Translations under genes and position numbers: made by a program
Shown here: in pieces, positions 1-10,235 of the stretch
Numbering within the stretch: position 1 is the first letter of the stretch
Layout: every line of letters begins with the position of its first letter
The notes under the pieces: generated by a model
Told to the model about the DNA's origin: nothing
The model's database searches: none
The model's input: the letters and a program-made list of their open reading frames with translations, nothing else
Source of the DNA: an uncultured delta proteobacterium
GTDB taxonomy: Bacteria; Desulfobacterota; RBG-13-43-22
NCBI GenBank assembly: GCA_963790475.1
Contig: CAWBOS010000010.1
Coordinates: 960,001-1,024,000, forward strand
Length of the DNA stretch: 64,000 nucleotides
Reading direction: 5' to 3'

Positions 1-595
1 GAAGACTGCTACTACCCATTGGGGTTATGTGGATTTGTTTAAACAACGGTATCCCCGGGTCAACTTGAAACCCGAGCGCCTTATTACCGACGAAGGGGAT
101 TTATTTTGTGCCGGAGCCTTAGGCGCAAAATTTGATCTTCCGGTATATTTAGTTGAAAAATATTGCGGTCATGAGGTGGCCATCCAGTGCTCAAAATCAA
201 TGATCCATGATATGGGAAGAGGTTCGCAGACGCCTTATACCGTGTTCCGGTTTCAAAAAAATCACACCGATGAAAGGGTCAAAGTCATCCAACAATGGAT
301 CGAAGAGCATTTTGCCGAAGAAATAGATTTCGATATTGTTTCAAAGAAATTTGGCATGAGTCGACGAACTTTTGAGCGTAGATTTAAAAATGCAACCGGT
401 GACACCCCTTTGGTGTATTTGCAGCGGACCAGAGTCGAAGCTGCCAAAGAGAGGTTAGAAGCAAAAGACGAGACCTTTGACGAAATTTCCTGTCGGTCGG
501 GTTATGAAAACAGCAGTCATTTTAGGGAAATTTTTAAAAAACATACCGGGCTTTTGCCGACGGAATATCAAAAAAAATTTCGTCGCCTTCGATAA
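1..595 (+). CDS. GlxA-family AraC transcriptional regulator (DJ-1-like domain + AraC HTH), 5'-truncated by window edge
   Basis: Frame is open from base 2 (KTATTHWGY, DJ-1 ATTHW motif); C-terminal AraC double HTH (MSRRTFERRFKNATG...SGYENSSHFREIFKKHTGLLP). Confidence 0.85.
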   Translation, partial: KTATTHWGYVDLFKQRYPRVNLKPERLITDEGDLFCAGALGAKFDLPVYLVEKYCGHEVAIQCSKSMIHDMGRGSQTPYTVFRFQKNHTDERVKVIQQWIEEHFAEEIDFDIVSKKFGMSRRTFERRFKNATGDTPLVYLQRTRVEAAKERLEAKDETFDEISCRSGYENSSHFREIFKKHTGLLPTEYQKKFRRLR

Positions 596-776
596 CGAAA
601 TCCAAACAAAACCTTTACCATTCTTTTGATTCCTCGTTGACCTACTTCGAGTGATAATAGGACCTAAGGGAGGTTGTCAATAATTATAGCAGAATATATC
701 CACGACCAACTGTTCGATGGCGCATATCTTTTCAGCCAAAAAGCTTTGTGATGTGGCCTTGTCCGAGAAAAGGAAG

Positions 777-812
777 AAGGCCGGGGTGAGCATCCTGCTT
801 AACGCCGGCCTT
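777..812 (-). terminator. Probable intrinsic terminator hairpin between convergent araC and mdh
   Basis: AAGGCCGG...CCGGCCTT stem with inner GAGCA/TGCTT pairing; pyrimidine/T run follows on minus strand. Confidence 0.5.
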
Positions 813-910
813 TGTGTGCCGAAACAACAACTTTGGAAATCCCGCAGCCCTGAATAAAAAAAATGGCTTCGTTGAACACTAGATATTAAAGAACGAACGA
901 TATTTTGGTG

Positions 911-1846
911 CTAAATATCCAATTTTTTCATAGCCTCCACCAGTATTTTGACCGCTTCGGCCGATTTTTTCAAAGCCGCATCCTCTTCCGGAGTCAGTTT
1001 GATCTGAATGATCTCTTCAATGCCTGCTGAACCCAGCTTTACCGGTACACCGATAAATAAATCCTTAATGCCGTATTCTCCGGTCAAGTAAGCCGCGCAA
1101 GGAAGGATTTTTTTCTTGTCCTTGATGATGGCCTCGGCCATTTCGCAGGCTGCCGAGGCCGGGGCATAGTAAGCACTCCCGGTCTTGAGTAGGCCGACGA
1201 TCTCGGCTCCACCTTCCCGGGTGCGTTTGACCAGCCGCTCGATGGTTGCCGGATCCATCAGTTCCGTGATAGGAATCCCGGAGACAGTGGAAAAACGAGG
1301 CAGGGGAACCATAGTATCCCCGTGTCCGCCAAGGACAAAGGCATGGGTGTTTTCCACGGAGACTTTGAGCTCTTGGGCGATAAAGGTTCGGAAACGGGCC
1401 GAATCCAGGACCCCGGCCATACCCAGGACCCGGTTCTTGGGGAACCCACTGGCTTCAAAGGCCACGTGGCACATGGCATCCAGGGGATTACTGACAATAA
1501 TCAGTACCGCCTGCGGTGAATACTGAACAGCCTGGCTGACCACGGATTTCATGATCTTGGCATTGGTGGACAGCAAGTCATCCCGGCTCATGCCTGGCTT
1601 TCTGGGGATGCCGGAAGTGATGATGATGACCTCAGAGTCCTTGGTGGCCGAATATTCATTGGCGCCGGATAGTTTGGCATCATGTTTTTCAATCGGAGCG
1701 GCTTCTGATAAATCCAGGGCTTTGCCGAAAGGGACCCCTTCCAGGATATCCACCAGGACCACATCCGCCAATTCTTTTTCTACAATCCGCTGAACCGCTG
1801 TGGCCCCCACATTGCCGGCACCAATTACGGAAATTTTATGTTTCAT
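911..1846 (-). CDS. mdh: Malate dehydrogenase (LDH-like, NAD-dependent)
   Basis: GAGNVG Rossmann motif, [10 protein letters not shown] with malate-specific Arg, NPLD, LDSARF, GGHGD. Confidence 0.95.
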   Translation of the reverse strand: MKHKISVIGAGNVGATAVQRIVEKELADVVLVDILEGVPFGKALDLSEAAPIEKHDAKLSGANEYSATKDSEVIIITSGIPRKPGMSRDDLLSTNAKIMKSVVSQAVQYSPQAVLIIVSNPLDAMCHVAFEASGFPKNRVLGMAGVLDSARFRTFIAQELKVSVENTHAFVLGGHGDTMVPLPRFSTVSGIPITELMDPATIERLVKRTREGGAEIVGLLKTGSAYYAPASAACEMAEAIIKDKKKILPCAAYLTGEYGIKDLFIGVPVKLGSAGIEEIIQIKLTPEEDAALKKSAEAVKILVEAMKKLDI

Positions 1847-2011
1847 CAGTTCTTCCCCCCCTTGTTGAATGATTTGGAATAAAATTGGGAATTGTTGGAT
1901 TTTTCAGCCTTAATAATGTTGGTAGAATAGTTTAAAATGTATTTCAGTTCAAGAAAAAGGTATTTCTTAGAAAGCATTTATTCAATTAGACTGTAGGGAC
2001 GGTTGAAAAAT

Positions 2012-3268
2012 TTACAAAAAAAACAAACTGAGAAAAGGTAAATAAGTGATCATGGCCAATGTCAACAACAGGATTAAGATAAAAGGAATGGAAGCCTGAT
2101 ACAATTCGATTACCGATCGTTCAAAACGAATACTGGAGATAAACAGGTTAATACCTAAGGGAGGCAATGAAGCCCCAATCTCCAGGTTGGTCAGCAGGAT
2201 GATCCCCAGGTGCACAGGATGAAGACCGTAGGCCTGGGCAACCGGGACAATCAGAGGAACTAAAATAATCAAGGCTGGAAAAGTTCCAAGAAGACAGCCA
2301 GCGCCCAAAAGGAACAGATTCAACCAGAGGAGAAAGGAATAGTGGGTATGGACGTGGAGTTTTAAAAAATCCAGAATTTTCATGGGGATTTCCCCGTTAA
2401 TCAGGGTATTGGTCAGTCCAAAAGAAACTCCTAAAATAATCAGGATGCCCCCCACCAAGATGGCGCTTTTGATGATCACAGGAAACAGTTCCTGGATTTT
2501 GATATCCCGATAGATTCCCACTTCGACAAGCAGCACATAAAGGACGGTCAGAACCGCTGCCTCACTAATGGCTACAAGCCCCGTGTAAATTCCACCCAGA
2601 ACCACAAAGGGCAAGGGGATTTCCCAGACCGATTCCCGTAAAGATTCTGCCACCTTGTGAAAGGTGAATTTTGGACGGTCTACCCTCGCCTGGAATCCTT
2701 TGAAACCGCTATACAGTGAAAGGAGTAAAACGATCAGGAGGCCGGGTAAAATCCCGGCCAAAAACAATTGATCAATACTGGTCTGGGCCACAACCCCATA
2801 TAGAATCAGAGGTAAACTGGGCGGAAAAAGGAGGCCCAAAGTCCCCGAAGTGGTCAAAAGTCCCAGGGAAAATTTTTCAGGATAATGCTGGATCTTTAAA
2901 GCCGGAAAGAGAAGCCCCCCCAGAGCGATAATGGTCAAACCTGTGGCTCCGGTCAAAGCGGTAAATACAGCTGAAACCATCAGAGCGATGACGGCCAATC
3001 CGCCGGGCAGCCAGCCTAAGAGAGCATTGGAAAGACGAACCAGCCGATCAGAAGCTTTGCTGGCAGCCAAAATGTAACCGGCTAAAGAAAAGAGGGGGAT
3101 GGCCACCAGGGTGGGGGTGTGAGCTAATTTATAGAGCTCAATAATCATTGCCGACAGGTCTATCCCATTGAAAAAAAGGAAGAGTAGACCGCTAAAGGCA
3201 ATGACAATAAATAAAGGGGTTCCTATAAGAGCTAGAAAAACGGTCAGAAGGGATGATATCAGGCCCAT
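2012..3268 (-). CDS. dctM: TRAP transporter large permease (DctM)
   Basis: Highly hydrophobic 418 aa; LVAIPLF, GTLGLLFPPS and PPLGINLF motifs. Confidence 0.92.
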   Translation of the reverse strand: MGLISSLLTVFLALIGTPLFIVIAFSGLLFLFFNGIDLSAMIIELYKLAHTPTLVAIPLFSLAGYILAASKASDRLVRLSNALLGWLPGGLAVIALMVSAVFTALTGATGLTIIALGGLLFPALKIQHYPEKFSLGLLTTSGTLGLLFPPSLPLILYGVVAQTSIDQLFLAGILPGLLIVLLLSLYSGFKGFQARVDRPKFTFHKVAESLRESVWEIPLPFVVLGGIYTGLVAISEAAVLTVLYVLLVEVGIYRDIKIQELFPVIIKSAILVGGILIILGVSFGLTNTLINGEIPMKILDFLKLHVHTHYSFLLWLNLFLLGAGCLLGTFPALIILVPLIVPVAQAYGLHPVHLGIILLTNLEIGASLPPLGINLFISSIRFERSVIELYQASIPFILILLLTLAMITYLPFLSLFFL

Positions 3269-3319
3269 AGTTTTATGCCCGAAAGCTAATAATCTTTTCT
3301 GGATACGGGGTAGAGTTTT

Positions 3320-3853
3320 TCATGTTCGGGCAGTATTCGATTGCTCGGATGAGAAAGATTCTCCCCTTTTAATAAAAGCATTCCAGGTTTTGCTCAGAAA
3401 CCGAAGCCCCAGGACGGTTAACATGAGCGGAATAACCGATTGAGAGGCCCATAACGGGATGTTAAAGGCCAGAATTTTCCCGACAGCATATTCCTCTTGA
3501 ACAAACCGGATTGCAGGCCAGACCAAAATCAGGCAGATCACAGCAGCAAAAAGATTAATGGCCCCCTGAAGGTATGAACGACTTTTATATCCTAATTTCT
3601 CAGAAAGGAGGTCAATCGAGATGTGCCGATTTTCCCGAGCGGCGATCGAAGCCCCAAGCAGGGCAACCCAGAGGACCGAGTGGCGTAATAAAGGGTCGAT
3701 CCAATACAGACCCACCGAAAGGACATTGCGGAAGAGTATCTGGATAAACCCCAAAAGGACCATTAAGATCAAAAAAGAACCTAACAGAATTTCTTCCAGC
3801 CGATTTAAGAAAGAAAGGATCTTTTTAAATTTTAAAGCAGGGGAGGGCATCAA
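3320..3853 (-). CDS. dctQ: TRAP transporter small permease (DctQ)
   Basis: 4 TM segments, LGASIAARENRHISID motif, between dctP and dctM. Confidence 0.9.
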   Translation of the reverse strand: MMPSPALKFKKILSFLNRLEEILLGSFLILMVLLGFIQILFRNVLSVGLYWIDPLLRHSVLWVALLGASIAARENRHISIDLLSEKLGYKSRSYLQGAINLFAAVICLILVWPAIRFVQEEYAVGKILAFNIPLWASQSVIPLMLTVLGLRFLSKTWNAFIKRGESFSSEQSNTART

Positions 3854-4935
3854 TTTTCTTTGCGTAAGGTTTTCAAAAAGGCCTTGACCTCGGCCAGAGT
3901 TTTTTTGCTGAAAACGTCCTCTCCCAGGGTATCCACGCCTTTCATGGAGAGGGCCTGCATCTCCTTCACCTCTTTTGAGTTGGGGGTTACGAGTTTGATC
4001 CCTTGCTTGGTGAGCACATTGATGGCCTTCTGATCCTCTCTGCGGACATTATCTTTCAGCAGTGCCAGATGACGCCGGAAGATTTCTTCCACTGTACCCC
4101 GCAAGGCCGCGGGAATTTTTTCAAAGGCGGATTTAGATAATATCGCGGCCCCCACTGAATAAGAAAGAGGAACATCGGTCATGTATGAAACTCGAGTAAA
4201 CCACTGCATTGAAATAGCCGCTGCCGGTGAGGCGTAAACCGTATCGATCATCCCGGTCTGGAGGGAGACCAGGACATCAGGGATACCCAGAGGAATACCA
4301 TTGATCCCCAATTCTTTGAAAACAGCCCGTCCTATGGCCGTATCCTCCCAGATCCAGACTTTGCCTTTACGAAGGTCGGCCGCACCTTTAATGGGGTGTT
4401 TGGAAAAAAGATAAATAAACCCCGATTCGGCCCAGCCCATAACTTTAAAGCCGTTATCCAAAAGCCCCTTTTCGAAATATCCGCTCATTTTGGCCATAAC
4501 CGCGTCCACTTCCTTATAATTCTCAAACAGGGAAGGAATAACCAGAATTTTGATATCTTTAAAGATGATCCCCAGGCCGCCGCCGGAAAAGAATCCTCCT
4601 TGAATCTGACCGACCTTGATTTTTCGGAGCATGTCTTCTTCATCGCCCAGGACTCCACCGGGAAAAATGTGAATAGTCACCTGATTCCCTGTCTTTTGTT
4701 CCAATTCCTGTTTGATATCCCGAAAGGTTTTAACCCAGGTGCTTCCTTCCGGGGCCAGGGTGCCTATTTTCAGGACCACTTTTTCGGCCGAAGCGGGAAC
4801 GGGAATAGCTAGCGATAAAAAAAGCAAGGGCAAGGAGAGGAGTAATGTCAAAGATACGAAAGACGAGAGACGGAAAACCCCCCTCTCTTTTTTATTGATA
4901 TTCCACAATTCACAATCCCCAATCCGCAATTTCAT
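3850..4935 (-). CDS. dctP: TRAP substrate-binding protein (DctP, TatP(T)-like)
   Basis: LKIGTLAPEGSTW, GGVLGDE, LQTGMIDTVY; AGGAGG RBS before ATG 4935; signal peptide. Confidence 0.9.
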   Translation of the reverse strand: MKLRIGDCELWNINKKERGVFRLSSFVSLTLLLSLPLLFLSLAIPVPASAEKVVLKIGTLAPEGSTWVKTFRDIKQELEQKTGNQVTIHIFPGGVLGDEEDMLRKIKVGQIQGGFFSGGGLGIIFKDIKILVIPSLFENYKEVDAVMAKMSGYFEKGLLDNGFKVMGWAESGFIYLFSKHPIKGAADLRKGKVWIWEDTAIGRAVFKELGINGIPLGIPDVLVSLQTGMIDTVYASPAAAISMQWFTRVSYMTDVPLSYSVGAAILSKSAFEKIPAALRGTVEEIFRRHLALLKDNVRREDQKAINVLTKQGIKLVTPNSKEVKEMQALSMKGVDTLGEDVFSKKTLAEVKAFLKTLRKEN

Positions 4936-4944
4936 AAGTTCCTC

Positions 4945-5823
4945 CTAAAAAAATTCATCAACCTGCTTAAGCAGCGCTTTCGCCTTTTCATGGGCCAGGG
5001 TATTGATTAAAGTCAGGTCCGGCTCTATATCAACCGGTGTGGAAAGTACCTTCTTCAACGTGTTAACGAAAAGATCTCGATCCAGGGATTGCTTGGCATA
5101 ATATTGGGCATAGAAAATGTACGCCATTAGGAACTTGCCTTGAGAATAGTCCAGGGCTTTCTTAAAATGGATCTCAGCCTTTTTCAGGTCTCCGCCATAT
5201 TGAGTCGGCCGGGCGGAAAGCAGAATGGCTTTAAAAAGATGGGGACCGCCGTAATAATAACCGGGGTCGAGTTGGAGAACCCGGTCCATCAAGACTTCTA
5301 CCTTGGGAAGATCGGCCATGGCCTCGACCGGTTCGGGACCTTGGGCAATCCAGGTCCCCCAAATATTTCCTACTGAGAAGAGAATAGGTACTTGATCCTT
5401 TTCGGTTTTTGAAATTTTTTCTTGAAAAAGATCGACGGATTTATCAAGACTTCCTTTAAACAGGGGGTTCAGTTCCAACGCCCTCAAAGCCTGGATTTTG
5501 GCTTTTTGAATCAGTTGGGCGGCCCGAACTGACTCATCTTCTCCCAAGATGGAGGCATAGGAGGCATAAGCCTGGGCACCGGCCAGGAGAAGGTTTTGGT
5601 TTCCTGGATTGGCTTGAACCATTCCATCAATTAACAGTAAATAGGAAGGGATCCCTTGTCGGACCAGGGCGACATCCGATTGTCGGTTGACGGACAGGGC
5701 CAATTCCTGAAAAAGACCGACGGCACTATCGTTAATCATCTGCCGGCCGGAGAAACATCCGGCCAAGGATAGGCAAAGGAGGACTGGGATGATAGTTATT
5801 TTCAAATAAGAAGGAGAATTCAT
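4945..5823 (-). CDS. TRAP-associated TatT-like lipoprotein (T component of a TPAT system)
   Basis: Lipobox LAGC; helical protein with YYYGGPHL, GGDLKKAEIHF, YAQYYA; first gene of dctPQM operon; GGAG before ATG 5823. Confidence 0.8.
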   Translation of the reverse strand: MNSPSYLKITIIPVLLCLSLAGCFSGRQMINDSAVGLFQELALSVNRQSDVALVRQGIPSYLLLIDGMVQANPGNQNLLLAGAQAYASYASILGEDESVRAAQLIQKAKIQALRALELNPLFKGSLDKSVDLFQEKISKTEKDQVPILFSVGNIWGTWIAQGPEPVEAMADLPKVEVLMDRVLQLDPGYYYGGPHLFKAILLSARPTQYGGDLKKAEIHFKKALDYSQGKFLMAYIFYAQYYAKQSLDRDLFVNTLKKVLSTPVDIEPDLTLINTLAHEKAKALLKQVDEFF

Positions 5824-5958
5824 AAGCTCCAAAATTAGCACCGATCCCGGTTTCGGTCAAGAAAAAGAATTGTCCTCCCAGCCGGGAAAGAGTTCCTTAT
5901 TGACAGTTTTGCGTTCCGGGATTATTAAGTCTGAAAATACCTTTGCAGGATCGTAAAT

Positions 5959-6720
5959 ATGTCCGAATCCATATCCGCCGCTGACAAAAGAGTTCAAGGA
6001 CTCCTGGGGAAAGCCGTCCTGAAGTACGATTTGATCAATAACGGCGATCGGGTGGCAGTGGCCGTCTCCGGGGGAAAAGACAGCATGGCCTTGCTCTATA
6101 TGCTCAAAGAACGGCTTAATTGGATTCCCATCCGCTATGATTTACTGGCTGTTCACTTGGATATGGGCTTTGAAGGGACCCAACCTCATTTGATAGAACA
6201 GGGTTGCCATCAAATAGGTGTCCCGTTTTATATGGAAAAAACCGATTACGGGATAAAGGCTCATGGACCGGACAATAAGGAAAACCCCTGTTTTTTATGC
6301 TCCCGGTTAAGACGGAAACACCTTTTTCAACTGGCCGACTCCCTGAATTTTTCCAAGATCGCTTTTGGACATAATAAAGACGATATCATTGAAACCCTGT
6401 TCTTAAATATGTTCTTCAGCGGGGAGCTCAGCACTATGCTCCCCAAGCAATCTTTATTTAAAGGAAATTTGACCATTATTCGCCCCTTGGCCTTGCTGGA
6501 AGAAAACAGGATTAAACAGTTTTCTGTACGGAAGGGACTGCCGGAAATAACCAATCCCTGTCCCAGCGCCCGGAAATCCGCCCGCAAAGAGATCAAGGAT
6601 TTCTTGTCAGTCGTTTATGCCCGCAACCGGAAAATCAAGGGCAATATTTTTCATGCCTTAAGCCATGTTCGGCCCGAATATCTATTGCCATCCATTTCCA
6701 AAGATCATCCGGCCGTCTGA
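5959..6720 (+). CDS. ttcA: tRNA 2-thiocytidine biosynthesis protein, TtcA family
   Basis: PP-loop SGGKDS, CFLCSRLRR, GHNKDD, IIRPL, NPCP. Confidence 0.85.
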   Translation: MSESISAADKRVQGLLGKAVLKYDLINNGDRVAVAVSGGKDSMALLYMLKERLNWIPIRYDLLAVHLDMGFEGTQPHLIEQGCHQIGVPFYMEKTDYGIKAHGPDNKENPCFLCSRLRRKHLFQLADSLNFSKIAFGHNKDDIIETLFLNMFFSGELSTMLPKQSLFKGNLTIIRPLALLEENRIKQFSVRKGLPEITNPCPSARKSARKEIKDFLSVVYARNRKIKGNIFHALSHVRPEYLLPSISKDHPAV

Positions 6721-6892
6721 AAAAAAATCTCCGCAGCAATTCGGATAAGGGAACAAAAACTTGCTATTGACCTTAGTCCAATTAGTTAGGAATATTTTCC
6801 ATTTAGGATTTCGGATTGTGAATTTTGACAAAATGAGGTAAAATGATTATATTATTAAGCGGTAAAATTGATCTATCATCAGGAGAAAAACA

Positions 6893-7117
6893 ATGACGAA
6901 AGAAAAAGTTCAAGAAGCTTTAAATAAGATCAGACCCCAACTCCAGGCTGATGGAGGGGATGTGGAACTGGTGGATGTCAATGAGGCCGGACAGGTCAAG
7001 GTCCGTTTAACTGGGGCCTGCGGGGGCTGTCCCATGTCTCAAATGACCTTGAAGATGGGGATTGAAAAATTCCTCAAACAACAGATTCCGGAAGTCTCCG
7101 GCGTCGAATCAGCCTGA
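6893..7117 (+). CDS. NifU/NfuA C-terminal-domain Fe-S carrier
   Basis: [15 protein letters not shown] and GACGGCPMS motifs; AGGAG RBS. Confidence 0.92.
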   Translation: MTKEKVQEALNKIRPQLQADGGDVELVDVNEAGQVKVRLTGACGGCPMSQMTLKMGIEKFLKQQIPEVSGVESA

Positions 7118-7126
7118 TATAGGATC

Positions 7127-7208
7127 GGTCCAAGGTATAAGGTTTACGGTTGTGACCGCCGGATCAATGTCTCCTAACCGTGGGCTTTTTCACCTTATAC
7201 CTTGGACC
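7127..7208. repeat. Heptamer-periodic inverted repeat between convergent nifU-like gene and rlmH
   Basis: GGTCCAAGGTATAAGGT (7127-7143) is the exact reverse complement of 7192-7208; GGT recurs every 7 nt. Confidence 0.8.
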
Positions 7209-7210
7209 TT

Positions 7211-7681
7211 TCATTTATGGTATTTCTCTCCAGCCATAAAATTAAGGTACCGGTAAATCTGTTCCATCAAAAAAAGGGCGCTCATTTCGTGGGTCAGGGT
7301 CATGCGTGATAGGGAGAGGATTTTATCGGCCTGGCTCAAGACTTCCTGAGAAAGCCCTAAGGGACCGCCGATCAGATAATAAATTTTTCGTACTCCGAGT
7401 TTGGCCTGGGCATTCAAAAAATCAAAATGGTTCAGGGAACTCGTTTCCTTTCCCTGGCGATCCAGGGCCACCCACAAGCCGTCCCGGGGGATTTTACTTA
7501 AAACTCTTCTTCCTTCTTTTCGCAATATCTGGTCCTCTGTAACTCCCTTGGTCATCCTTTCTTCTTTGACGGGGACCAGATTCAGTTGCGTGTAACGGCT
7601 TATCCGACCATGATATTCCTTGATGCCTTCCGCAATAAAGTTTTCCCTAATCTTTCCTACGGTAACAATCGTAAATTTCAT
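7211..7681 (-). CDS. rlmH: 23S rRNA pseudouridine-1915 N3-methyltransferase
   Basis: SPOUT motifs VGKIRE, IGGPLGL, LSLSRMTLTHEM, EQIYR, YHK terminus. Confidence 0.93.
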   Translation of the reverse strand: MKFTIVTVGKIRENFIAEGIKEYHGRISRYTQLNLVPVKEERMTKGVTEDQILRKEGRRVLSKIPRDGLWVALDRQGKETSSLNHFDFLNAQAKLGVRKIYYLIGGPLGLSQEVLSQADKILSLSRMTLTHEMSALFLMEQIYRYLNFMAGEKYHK

Positions 7682-7797
7682 TAAATTTTAGTGATAAGCC
7701 TTTTCTAAAATATCGTTGGGCTTCGCTGGAATTCTTTTAATCAGAAATTGGCGAGGCGTCCCCACAAACGCTCAATGACTAAAATAAAGTCAGCAGC

Positions 7798-9291
7798 CTA
7801 CATACCCAGTAAATCCGTTATCTTTAATGCTGTTTTTTCAATAAAAACATTATATTCTCTTTGGGTGATCAATTTGTCAGGCCTGGCGAAGGAATCCCCC
7901 TTAGCCAACTCCGCTGATATAGGACGGTTCTGCAATCTCTTTTTGGGTCGAATGCCAAAATCAGGCAAGAAGTTGTCCTGGAAATACATTTCCTGGAAAC
8001 CGGAAAATTTTAATGAATGGGCGGTAGCATTGAGGACAGCTCTTTCTTTAGGCGAAACTTTTTTTTCGGCCAAAGCCTTAACCAGTCCAGCCAGGCTTTC
8101 TCCACCCTGGGTACAAGCGATATGTCCATTTCGGTTGGCCAGGAGCATATGATCCATGATTGATTGTTCCGTCACCTCGACGACAAAAATATTCTGTTTT
8201 CCTCCCGTTTGATTATATTCCTCAACCATCTCAATAACCCTGGGCATGGATACCGGATTCCCGATCATGGCCGCCTGGGCTACGCTGGATCTTACCTGCA
8301 TTGGTTTGAAAGATCGTTTTGCCGCGCGAGGTTCAAGATAATAGCGATAAACCGGATTGGCATGGTGCGACTGGACCCCGATAATCTTAGGCAAGGTGGA
8401 AATTAAGCCATAACGGAATAGTTTCAAAAATCCTGAGATGATCGCTGTGATGTTACCGGCATTACCAATGGGAACCAGAAGAACGGTGTTGTCCAGTTGA
8501 TAATCCAGCGCCTGGGCGACCTCGAAGGCATAAGACTCCTGCCCTAAGATACGCCAGGCGTTCTTGGAATTGAGAAGGGCCACCGGATAGTGGTCGGAGA
8601 GATATTCCACGACTTTCATGCAATCATCAAAAACTCCCGGAATTTCCAGAACCGTTGCCCCGCTTCCCAGGGGTTGAGAAAGTTGTTGAGGGGTCACTTT
8701 CCCCTTGGGAAGTAATACCGCTGATCGAACCTTTTCCCCAAGATAAGCGGCATAAAGGGCCGCTGAGGCTGAGGTGTCTCCGGTTGAGGCACAGATGGCC
8801 AGGACGTTTTTCATTTTATTCTTGGAGATCAGGTAATTTAAATAGCTTAAAGCACAAGCCATCCCGCGGTCTTTGAAGGAGGCGCTAGGATTTTGTCCCT
8901 CATTTTTAAAAGAAAAAGTCATGCCGATCAATTCTTCAAGCCCTTGATTGGCCTGCACCAAAGGAGTATGTCCTTCTCCTAGATAAAGGATATAGTTGAG
9001 GGGAATAACCGGCGCAATGAATTCATGAAATAAAAAGATCCCTTTCAAGGCTGGAATGGTGGTCATACGCCGGTAATCGAATAACCGGCGCCAAAGCTTT
9101 CCAGATCGTTTTTGTTTCTTTCTTTCCTCTAAATCATAAATGAGCAGGACCCCACCGCAATCAGGGCAGGTATATAAGAGGTTATCGATAGAATGAACCC
9201 GGTGGCAACTGAGACAACGGTATTCCATATGCCCACCAATTTTAGGAATGACATAAGGGCGAATATTTTGGGGGAATTCTGAAAGCTCCAT
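7798..9291 (-). CDS. thrC: Threonine synthase
   Basis: LGEGHTPL, NPSASFKDRG (PLP Lys), CASTGDTSAS, PIGNAGN; N-terminal CxxC pairs. Confidence 0.93.
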   Translation of the reverse strand: MELSEFPQNIRPYVIPKIGGHMEYRCLSCHRVHSIDNLLYTCPDCGGVLLIYDLEERKKQKRSGKLWRRLFDYRRMTTIPALKGIFLFHEFIAPVIPLNYILYLGEGHTPLVQANQGLEELIGMTFSFKNEGQNPSASFKDRGMACALSYLNYLISKNKMKNVLAICASTGDTSASAALYAAYLGEKVRSAVLLPKGKVTPQQLSQPLGSGATVLEIPGVFDDCMKVVEYLSDHYPVALLNSKNAWRILGQESYAFEVAQALDYQLDNTVLLVPIGNAGNITAIISGFLKLFRYGLISTLPKIIGVQSHHANPVYRYYLEPRAAKRSFKPMQVRSSVAQAAMIGNPVSMPRVIEMVEEYNQTGGKQNIFVVEVTEQSIMDHMLLANRNGHIACTQGGESLAGLVKALAEKKVSPKERAVLNATAHSLKFSGFQEMYFQDNFLPDFGIRPKKRLQNRPISAELAKGDSFARPDKLITQREYNVFIEKTALKITDLLGM

Positions 9292-9459
9292 GATAAATAT
9301 CCTTCTTAAGTCTTTACGGCCCGTTAAATACCTGTCGAAACGTTAAATGAAACATATAAAGTGATTATTTTATTTGTAGCTAAAAGAGGGTAGGGTGTCA
9401 ATAAATTTACTTTGATTTGGCTTGAATTAGGATTCCATTTCCTATATAAATTCTCGATC

Positions 9460-10143
9460 ATGAACTCTAAAACTTCTTTAGGAAATAAGAATATCAAGGC
9501 AATTTTATTTGATATGGATGGGGTCCTTGTGGATAGTATGAACTATCACCTCAGGTCCTGGAAGGAATTACTTGGTTCTTTTGATGTTAATGTATCCGAT
9601 GAATTTATCTTTGAACATGAAGGGGCCATGTCTACGGAAATAATAAGAGAACTTTTTAAAGAAAATGGGTACCTTATTGATGAGGAGCAAATTAAAGATA
9701 TCTATTTGACCCAAAATTCCGTGTTTATGACCCGGTATTTATCTCAGGTGAATCTTTACCCGGATTCATTGCCTCTATTGGCGCAATTAAAGAACAAAGA
9801 AATTTTGTTAGGACTGGTGACCAGTTCCAGAAGAAATCTGGTCGATCAAATATGGAAGCAAGAAGAGTTGGCCTACTTTTCCACGACTATCTCGGCCGAC
9901 GACATTGACCGCTTTAAACCCTATCCCGACCCCTACCTCAAAGCGGTTCAAGAAATAGAACAAGAGCCGATGAACTGTTTAGTGATCGAAAATGCCCCGG
10001 CCGGCATTCAATCCGCCTCTTCCGCAGGAATTTCTTGCTTTGCAATTTCCTCCACTCTTTCGGAAGAAAAGCTGTCCGGAGCACAGCAAGTCTTTCCAAA
10101 TCTTAAATCCTTAAGCCTTTTCTTTGATAAGATCATTCCCTAA
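9460..10143 (+). CDS. HAD-superfamily phosphatase (beta-PGM/CbbY-like)
   Basis: FDMDGVLVDS motif I, VTSS, KPYPDPY, IENAPAG; start taken at ATG 9460. Confidence 0.88.
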   Translation: MNSKTSLGNKNIKAILFDMDGVLVDSMNYHLRSWKELLGSFDVNVSDEFIFEHEGAMSTEIIRELFKENGYLIDEEQIKDIYLTQNSVFMTRYLSQVNLYPDSLPLLAQLKNKEILLGLVTSSRRNLVDQIWKQEELAYFSTTISADDIDRFKPYPDPYLKAVQEIEQEPMNCLVIENAPAGIQSASSAGISCFAISSTLSEEKLSGAQQVFPNLKSLSLFFDKIIP

Positions 10144-10207
10144 CCGGTTATATTTGTGAACAATCAGTTTTATAGAGCTCTGATCTTACCCTTTTCTTTA
10201 TTATATT

Positions 10208-10235
10208 ATGTCTGATAAGATATATTATGTAAACT
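10208..10235 (+). other. XerC/XerD chromosome dimer resolution (dif) site
   Basis: ATGTCTGATAA-GATATA-TTATGTAAACT: 11-6-11 layout matching the dif pattern (E. coli GGTGCGCATAA-TGTATA-TTATGTTAAAT), intergenic and AT-rich. Confidence 0.8.
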
